Virus record (IMG/VR): IMGVR_UViG_3300034066_002051 | DNA: 64,000 bases | Origin: an uncultured virus (IMG/VR IMGVR_UViG_3300034066_002051) | Taxonomy: Duplodnaviria; Heunggongvirae; Uroviricota; Caudoviricetes | Reading direction: 5' to 3' (one strand) | Shown here: one piece after another, positions 58,899 through 64,000 of the stretch | Numbering within the stretch: the first letter of the stretch is position 1 | How the letters are laid out: each line of letters starts with the position of its first letter | Notes under the pieces: model-generated | The model's database searches: none | What the model was told of the DNA's origin: nothing | Seen by the model: only the letters and a program-made list of their open reading frames with translations | Program-made: the position numbers and the translations under genes

Positions 58899-59012
58899 GT
58901 GACCCCCTTGTTTGAGCATCATTCGGCGTCCCGAGATAGGCTTAGGGGGTGTTGCTTGATGGAGTAAGCGTAATATACCTCAAGGATATAGCAGAGGCTT
59001 ACCCTCTATCAC
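58899..59012 (-). ncRNA. candidate structured RNA(s): two long imperfect hairpins inside the tRNA array
   Basis: GGTAAGC/GCTTACT and ACCCCCT/AGGGGGT closing stems with inner hairpins; no credible ORF. Confidence 0.45.
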
Positions 59013-59013
59013 T

Positions 59014-59087
59014 TTCCCCTGGCTGGGAATCGAACCCAGTATCTATGTGTGTTGTCCACCCGTCCTTACCAATAGACTAACAGGAGA
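59014..59087 (-). ncRNA. tRNA-like RNA with non-canonical anticodon arm
   Basis: acceptor TCTCCTG/CAGGGGA, D arm GTCT-ATTGGTAA-GGAC, T arm CTGGG-TTCGATT-CCCAG; anticodon region GGGTG-GACAACA-CACAT has no U in the loop. Confidence 0.65.
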
Positions 59088-59189
59088 AGGGGCTCCATGA
59101 GTACCCATAGAGCCACTAGGCACTTAGTTTTTCACTATATTAGAGGATAGTGAATACGTGATAGAATCGGATGTTTCCAACCCTATCAA

Positions 59190-59261
59190 CTCCACAACCT
59201 GGATTCGAACCAGGGACCAAGTGATTAACAGTCACCGACTCTACCGCTGAGCTATTGTGGA
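59190..59261 (-). tRNA. trnN: tRNA-Asn(GTT)
   Basis: GGTGA-CT-GTT-AA-TCACT anticodon arm, full cloverleaf. Confidence 0.92.
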
Positions 59262-59284
59262 ATATATGGGCCTATAGTGCCCAA

Positions 59285-59356
59285 TAGGACTGCGGAGAAT
59301 TGAACTCCGTTCACACCGTTATAAGCAGTGGGCCTTAACCAATAGGCGACAGTCCC
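59285..59356 (-). tRNA. trnI: tRNA-Ile(TAT)
   Basis: CACTG-CT-TAT-AA-CGGTG anticodon arm, full cloverleaf. Confidence 0.85.
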
Positions 59357-59360
59357 AAGA

Positions 59361-59525
59361 TCAATCGGAATTGGAATCCCGATGTATAACCATTATACCA
59401 TAGATCGGAACAAATATCAAGAGGAAACTTAAGACACCCGTAATTCCAACCCTATACGTATGAAGCATCTCGTGAATCCACGGGGATAACTGCGCCAGTG
59501 GAGTCTTTGACAATAAAAATAGCAT
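59361..59525 (-). CDS. possible small membrane protein
   Basis: hydrophobic C-terminal helix; TGGTATAAT upstream; start uncertain. Confidence 0.35.
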   Translation of the reverse strand: MLFLLSKTPLAQLSPWIHEMLHTYRVGITGVLSFLLIFVPIYGIMVIHRDSNSD

Positions 59526-59609
59526 AGTGACCTGGGAAATCAACTGATACGCACTGTATTATACCAGTTTTCCAAGTTTTTTGATATATAAACCCTATCC
59601 TTTTCCCTC

Positions 59610-60026
59610 TCATTTAGTATTATGCATCGACGGAACAGAGGGGAACATGGACTCAAGAACGTTTACTTGACCGGCAATAATCCCAACGACTAAAAGAACA
59701 CCGGCGAATATCCAACGAAATTTAGATAACTCATCAAATCTTGTTTTTAGGTTACTTATTTCTGTTTCTGTATGAGAAATATCTGTTTGATGTTTGATTT
59801 TAATTTCATCCAAAAGTTTCATGATTGCTGTGTCAGATTGGATGGTTTGATCTAGACGTTCCTCATGACGGACAAGAATCTTGGCTACATTCTGATTTGC
59901 TTCCGAAATCTTATCTACTGCCGCTTCGAGTTTTGAAAGCATTTCTCTGGACAGTTCCTCGTATACATCAAGTTTTTCTTCTAATACGGCCAGTCTTACG
60001 TCTGAGCCACGGAACGGACTTGCCAT
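59610..60026 (-). CDS. coiled-coil protein with C-terminal transmembrane helix
   Basis: heptad pattern then KFRWIFAGVLLVVGII; GTTTAAAG at 60063-60070 suggests late expression. Confidence 0.6.
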   Translation of the reverse strand: MASPFRGSDVRLAVLEEKLDVYEELSREMLSKLEAAVDKISEANQNVAKILVRHEERLDQTIQSDTAIMKLLDEIKIKHQTDISHTETEISNLKTRFDELSKFRWIFAGVLLVVGIIAGQVNVLESMFPSVPSMHNTK

Positions 60027-60090
60027 TTGAGTATCTCTTGATACAACTATTCTCGAATATATCTTTAAACAAACAACCTTTTATGTTTAA

Positions 60091-60174
60091 CGGAGAGGGT
60101 GGGATTCGAACCCACGGTGCTCATCACACGGCAGTTTTCAAGACTGCTGCCATCAACCACTCGGCCACCTCTCC
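60091..60174 (-). tRNA. trnS: tRNA-Ser(TGA)
   Basis: GCAGT-CT-TGA-AA-ACTGC, long variable arm. Confidence 0.92.
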
Positions 60175-60276
60175 AGAAAAACCTACTCAATTAGTAGGTC
60201 TTAGCCAATTCATTCACGGAGTGAAAAAGGAGCACCAGGAAACTGATGCTCGTTATAGTGAAGATAACTTCACCCA

Positions 60277-60495
60277 TCACCAAATGCCAGGAATGATCTG
60301 CCCGGTTAAGGCATAGGCGCCAAATGCTGCAACGATACCAAGCATGGCAAATCGGCCATTAAGCATCTCTGCACGTTCGTTATGAGTCTGGTAAGTTTCT
60401 TTTTCCATTTGTTCTGTAATGATAGGATCGATGTACATTTCAGGTTCTTTGGCAAACATATTCTGTTGGCCAAATTCATTCGTGGTAACGGTCAT
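60277..60495 (-). CDS. hli: high-light-inducible protein
   Basis: AEMLNGRFAMLG chlorophyll-binding motif and TGQIIPGIW C-terminus. Confidence 0.93.
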   Translation of the reverse strand: MTVTTNEFGQQNMFAKEPEMYIDPIITEQMEKETYQTHNERAEMLNGRFAMLGIVAAFGAYALTGQIIPGIW

Positions 60496-61352
60496 TAGAA
60501 TTTGAAACCGAGACCAGTAGTGAATACAGGGGAATAGGTACCATTGGTTGCACCGTAGCTATTAGAAGCATTGGTGGTAGGGAACTTGAGATCAGCAAAA
60601 CCAACCAAGGAATTGGTCAGACGACCTTCGATGCCCAAGGCAAGAATTACTTGGCCTTTTTCACCAATAGCAGATTGGAAATTGGCTGCGGTATTATTCA
60701 CAAAAGGAACTTGGTAACCGACACCGGTGTAGATATTAGCGGCGCTTACGCCAGCTTTACGGGCGATACTCCAGTCATAAGAGAGAAGACCACCACCTGC
60801 TGCTCCAATCTCACCGGCAGGAGTGCCAACGAAATTAGCATAAGGACGGACAGAAACAGCATTTTGGTTATTAAAGGTCTTTACAGCGTAACGACCTTGG
60901 ACAGTACCACCAGAGATAGTACGGTTTTCAGTATAACCATTGCCATCAATACCTTGCTTATTCAGAAGAACGCCAGCACCTAGGTAGTTGTTAACACCTT
61001 GGGCTTTTTGAGCAGCAATACGCTCAAGTTTAGTTACACGAGTATCAACGCCAGCGAATTGGGCACGGAGAGCCTGAGCAAGTGCAGCATCTTTTGCATC
61101 TGCATATTCCTCGATGCGATCGAGACAAGCATTAGTCAGAGCAGCAAGTTGAGCACGAGTGGTAGGTTCGCCGGGCTGGAAAGTACCATTGGGGAATCCA
61201 ACAGCGCAACCATACTTATCCTTGAGGTTCATGATTGCCTGATACGCCCAGTTGGTCGGCTGGACATCGGGGAATTGACCTTGAGGAGCTGCAGTGGCAA
61301 CACCAGGGGCGATTACGCCGAGTGCACCGATAGCTGAGACGAGTTTTTTCAT
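60495..61352 (-). CDS. SLH-domain outer-membrane protein with cyanobacterial porin-like N-terminus
   Basis: signal peptide, FPDVQPTNWAYQAI...YGCAVGFPNGTF...TTR SLH domain, coiled coil, beta-strand C-terminus ending in Phe. Confidence 0.78.
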   Translation of the reverse strand: MKKLVSAIGALGVIAPGVATAAPQGQFPDVQPTNWAYQAIMNLKDKYGCAVGFPNGTFQPGEPTTRAQLAALTNACLDRIEEYADAKDAALAQALRAQFAGVDTRVTKLERIAAQKAQGVNNYLGAGVLLNKQGIDGNGYTENRTISGGTVQGRYAVKTFNNQNAVSVRPYANFVGTPAGEIGAAGGGLLSYDWSIARKAGVSAANIYTGVGYQVPFVNNTAANFQSAIGEKGQVILALGIEGRLTNSLVGFADLKFPTTNASNSYGATNGTYSPVFTTGLGFKF

Positions 61353-61407
61353 ACTTTCTTAATAATTGTAAGAACAAAAGAGAAGAGGGACTTATTGTCT
61401 CTTCTCA

Positions 61408-61479
61408 AGCGGGGTATCGGAATCGAACCGACGACATCTAACTTGGAAGGATAGCGTTCTACCGCTGAACTAACCCCGC
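61408..61479 (-). tRNA. trnG: tRNA-Gly(TCC)
   Basis: anticodon loop CT-TCC-AA, GCGGGGT/ACCCCGC acceptor stem. Confidence 0.9.
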
Positions 61480-61483
61480 GAGG

Positions 61484-61557
61484 CGTCTCAAGAGGGACTT
61501 GAACCCCCGACAAACTGCTTAGAAGGCAGATGCTCTATCCATCTGAGCTATTGAGAC
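61484..61557 (-). tRNA. trnR: tRNA-Arg(TCT)
   Basis: CTGC-CT-TCT-AA-GCAG anticodon arm. Confidence 0.9.
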
Positions 61558-61569
61558 ATTGACCTCTAT

Positions 61570-61598
61570 ATTCTATCAGAAAATCCTCAGATGGTCAA
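61570..61598 (-). promoter_or_regulatory. sigma70-type promoter upstream of tRNA-Arg
   Basis: TTGACC-17 nt-TAGAAT with extended -10 TG. Confidence 0.65.
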
Positions 61599-62261
61599 TA
61601 CCTTTTCATGGCCCACTCGGATTTTTGGATCAACCCATATGTCATAACCAGCATTTTTTGCATCGATGCAGAAGGAGACATCTTCTGAACATACATCTTC
61701 TAAATCTTCACCTATTTTTATAAGTTTTGGCGCAAACCATGGATAGGAGATGGATTCAAACACGCCTCGTTTTATTAGCACCCAACCAAAACCAACATAA
61801 TCAGCTTTAAATAGCGAATTACGTTTACTCATGGCATCTTCGGAGATAAATTCAAAATATCCATGAGATTTGAAATATTCATCATCCATTTTTTCAACAA
61901 TAGGAGTTAATCCTCCGGGTTGAATATACCAACCAGAGACTATATCTCTGTCCTGCTCAAGGAGTTTAAAAAAATCCGCTGAGGTGAATGCAATATCACT
62001 ATCAATCCACATCATGTAGTCATATTCTATTGCCCCTCCAAATGGAACTTGGTACTTGCCACGGGTGACATTTGCACCCATTACTTTACACCTAGCGTAG
62101 TTAACCATGGAACTATAATCTTGGGAGATGATAGTATTTATTCCAATTTGTCTACAATCTAATAGGAGTTGAGTAAATCGTACTAAAAACCTCCCAGAAT
62201 AATGAGATCCTGGAAGGCAAAAAACAATAGTTTTACCAAAGTAACGTCTATTTAGTTCCAT
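61587..62261 (-). CDS. GT-A fold glycosyltransferase-like protein
   Basis: YDYMMWIDSDI DxD motif, DIVSGWY, GFGWVLIKRGVFE, SEDVSFC, VGHEK; start moved to ATG 62261 because the longer ORF overlaps tRNA-Pro. Confidence 0.8.
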   Translation of the reverse strand: MELNRRYFGKTIVFCLPGSHYSGRFLVRFTQLLLDCRQIGINTIISQDYSSMVNYARCKVMGANVTRGKYQVPFGGAIEYDYMMWIDSDIAFTSADFFKLLEQDRDIVSGWYIQPGGLTPIVEKMDDEYFKSHGYFEFISEDAMSKRNSLFKADYVGFGWVLIKRGVFESISYPWFAPKLIKIGEDLEDVCSEDVSFCIDAKNAGYDIWVDPKIRVGHEKVLTI

Positions 62262-62265
62262 AATA

Positions 62266-62339
62266 TCGGGATAGCAGGATTCGAACCCGCGACCTAATGC
62301 TCCCAAAGCATCCGCGCTACCAAGCTGCGCTATATCCCG
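62266..62339 (-). tRNA. trnP: tRNA-Pro(TGG)
   Basis: GATGC-TT-TGG-GA-GCATT anticodon arm. Confidence 0.92.
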
Positions 62340-62416
62340 TGGAGCCACAAGTCGGACTTGAACCGACGACCTACGGTTTACAAAACCGTTGCTCTATCCA
62401 GCTGAGCTATAGTGGC
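62340..62416 (-). tRNA. trnT: tRNA-Thr(TGT), CCA encoded
   Basis: ACGGT-TT-TGT-AA-ACCGT; ends TCCA. Confidence 0.92.
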
Positions 62417-62449
62417 AGAAAGGGACGTTAAAGTCCCATATCTTTAACC

Positions 62450-62872
62450 TTAATTTTCGGTTGTTTCAACAAAAGCAGTCTTGAAACCTTCAACTGCTGC
62501 TTGGGCCACCGCAAAATCATCCTCTACTGTCGAGCCGGAAACACCTACACCACCAAGAATAACACCATCTGGAGTAGTTAGAGGGACCCCGCCAGGAAAA
62601 GTAATAAGACCATTGTTAGAATGTTCAATATTATACAGACTACCACCCGGTTGAGATAGTTTTCCAATTTCTTGAGTCTCCATGTCAAAAAATGTTGCTG
62701 TGCGAGCTTTCTTAATAGAGATGTCCACGCTTCCCACCCATGCCCCATCTTCACGGGCAAAGGCAACCAAATTCCCACCACGATCAACAACCGCGATGTT
62801 CATCTTAGTGCCAATTTCATTACTTTTTTTCAAACCTGCATTTACTGCTTGGATTGCTGCTGCAAAATACAT
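62450..62872 (-). CDS. GlcG/HbpS-like heme-binding protein (DUF336)
   Basis: [43 protein letters not shown] motifs; probable start at the MYFAAA ATG downstream of TGGTATAAT. Confidence 0.85.
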   Translation of the reverse strand: MYFAAAIQAVNAGLKKSNEIGTKMNIAVVDRGGNLVAFAREDGAWVGSVDISIKKARTATFFDMETQEIGKLSQPGGSLYNIEHSNNGLITFPGGVPLTTPDGVILGGVGVSGSTVEDDFAVAQAAVEGFKTAFVETTEN

Positions 62873-62963
62873 AAAAATCTTTAGATTACTAAACAATTAT
62901 ACCAGGTAAATTCCATAATTATCTCTAGTTTAAAGATACAAGAGATATAGAGCATAAGTTGTT

Positions 62964-64000
62964 ATGGCTACAGCCACTTACAAAAAATTTGATGTAAAAC
63001 ACGGTATTAGCGTAAATGGCTTACCGTTTGTTGACGGAAATAGAAATGTTACGGTAAATGATCTAACCGTACGTGGTGTATCGACTATTGTTGATACAAG
63101 AACTATTTCGTCTATTGACCCAGTTATCAGTCTAGGAAATGCCGGTCAAACTATCGCGGCAGAAGCCGTGGTAGGAGATAGAATTAAATTCCTTGCCGAA
63201 GCATTTAGTGATATTGCAATCGGAGACGCAATTACTTATGACTCCGGTGATATTACTGGTCTCACAGCTGGAACTACTTACTATGTACTTAGCAAAGAAG
63301 TAGATCCAACCAGTTCAGATTATAGAACTATTACGATCTCTGCATCTTTTGGAGGTCCTCAGGTAACAGGATTGTCCGAGTCTTCTGCAGGTGGAGACTT
63401 CTTTACCTTAAATCCTCTTAGAGACCTAGATCAAGATTTAGGTGTTGAGTTTAATTATGTAAGTTCTACTGCAAAGAAAGGATTCTTTGGTTATCAAGAC
63501 TCAACTGGTAATTTTACGTTCCTACTTGATGCAACCTATTCCGGTTCTTCTTCTACTTCCGATTCCTCTTCCCCTATCTTTACAGGAACTAAGGGTGGCG
63601 TCGAAGTTAAGTATATCAAACTTCAACCAACTGCTGCGTTAACTGCGTCTACTCCGGCTATTGATATACTACAAACTTGGAATGATGTATCAACATCATT
63701 CTCGTTAATTGATGCGAATATCACTGATTCCGCCTCAGCTTCTTCATCTGAGTTAATCAATATATCAGTAGGTTCTTCATCTAAGTTTTTAGTCCGTAAG
63801 GATGGAGCTCTAGCGCTTAACACAGGTACTATTGAAGCTGCATTGACTGTTGCTGGAGTATCTGAAGATACAGTAATCTACGGATCGGCTACTTGGGCAA
63901 ATGGTTCGATTACATATACTGGAATCGATCTTCAGATTACAGAAACATCCTTTGCTGCAGGGTCCAAACTCCTAAATATTTCTGGAGGTGCAGGAAAGAA
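62964..64000 (+). CDS. virion structural/fibre protein (partial, runs off window)
   Basis: open frame MATATYKKFDVKHGISVNG...DLGVEFNY...KKGFFGY to the window end; GTTTAAAG at 62928-62935. Confidence 0.7.
   Translation, partial: MATATYKKFDVKHGISVNGLPFVDGNRNVTVNDLTVRGVSTIVDTRTISSIDPVISLGNAGQTIAAEAVVGDRIKFLAEAFSDIAIGDAITYDSGDITGLTAGTTYYVLSKEVDPTSSDYRTITISASFGGPQVTGLSESSAGGDFFTLNPLRDLDQDLGVEFNYVSSTAKKGFFGYQDSTGNFTFLLDATYSGSSSTSDSSSPIFTGTKGGVEVKYIKLQPTAALTASTPAIDILQTWNDVSTSFSLIDANITDSASASSSELINISVGSSSKFLVRKDGALALNTGTIEAALTVAGVSEDTVIYGSATWANGSITYTGIDLQITETSFAAGSKLLNISGGAGK

Noticed and set aside
58752..60316. Plus-strand ORFs 58752..58967 and 59825..60316
   Set aside because: Antisense to tRNA genes and to a better-supported minus-strand CDS
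62262..62348. N-terminal extension of the glycosyltransferase given in the ORF track
   Set aside because: It is the tRNA-Pro sequence read in frame; the ATG at 62261 is more plausible

Overview
A 64 kb piece of a large, AT-rich, tailed dsDNA phage genome, most likely a contractile-tailed cyanophage (hli, CP12-like gene, cyanobacterial-type SLH outer-membrane protein). 1-21.3 kb (minus strand): fibre/adhesin genes, including a 1905-aa modular tail fibre with eight GxGSGLDADxxDG linkers and a C-terminal S74 chaperone, a 2349-aa fibre-like protein, LamG and PA14 lectin-like genes, and a probable tail tube. 21-42.6 kb: Mu-like morphogenesis genes in scrambled order (DUF935 portal, sheath, gpI-like protease/scaffold, cement, major capsid, gp36- and gp37-like), plus dCMP deaminase, Dps and RlpA. 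43.2-53.8 kb: about 35 short translationally coupled ORFs with two repeated promoter/stem-loop cassettes. 53.9-58.0 kb: a mitochondrial Pol-gamma-like family A DNA polymerase, a metallophosphoesterase, a DenV-like glycosylase and the CP12-like gene. 58-62.9 kb: ten tRNAs interleaved with host-like genes, one tRNA-shaped RNA with a non-canonical anticodon arm, and several unexplained stem-loops. The most notable signals read directly from the sequence are a recurrent GTTTAAA(G) putative late promoter (one copy lies inside the protease gene ahead of a nested scaffold start), a PA14 domain apparently swapped into a LamG gene leaving its C-terminus in frame behind a stop, and the structured-RNA block in the tRNA array. 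All family assignments come from motif recognition by eye; no database searches were run.
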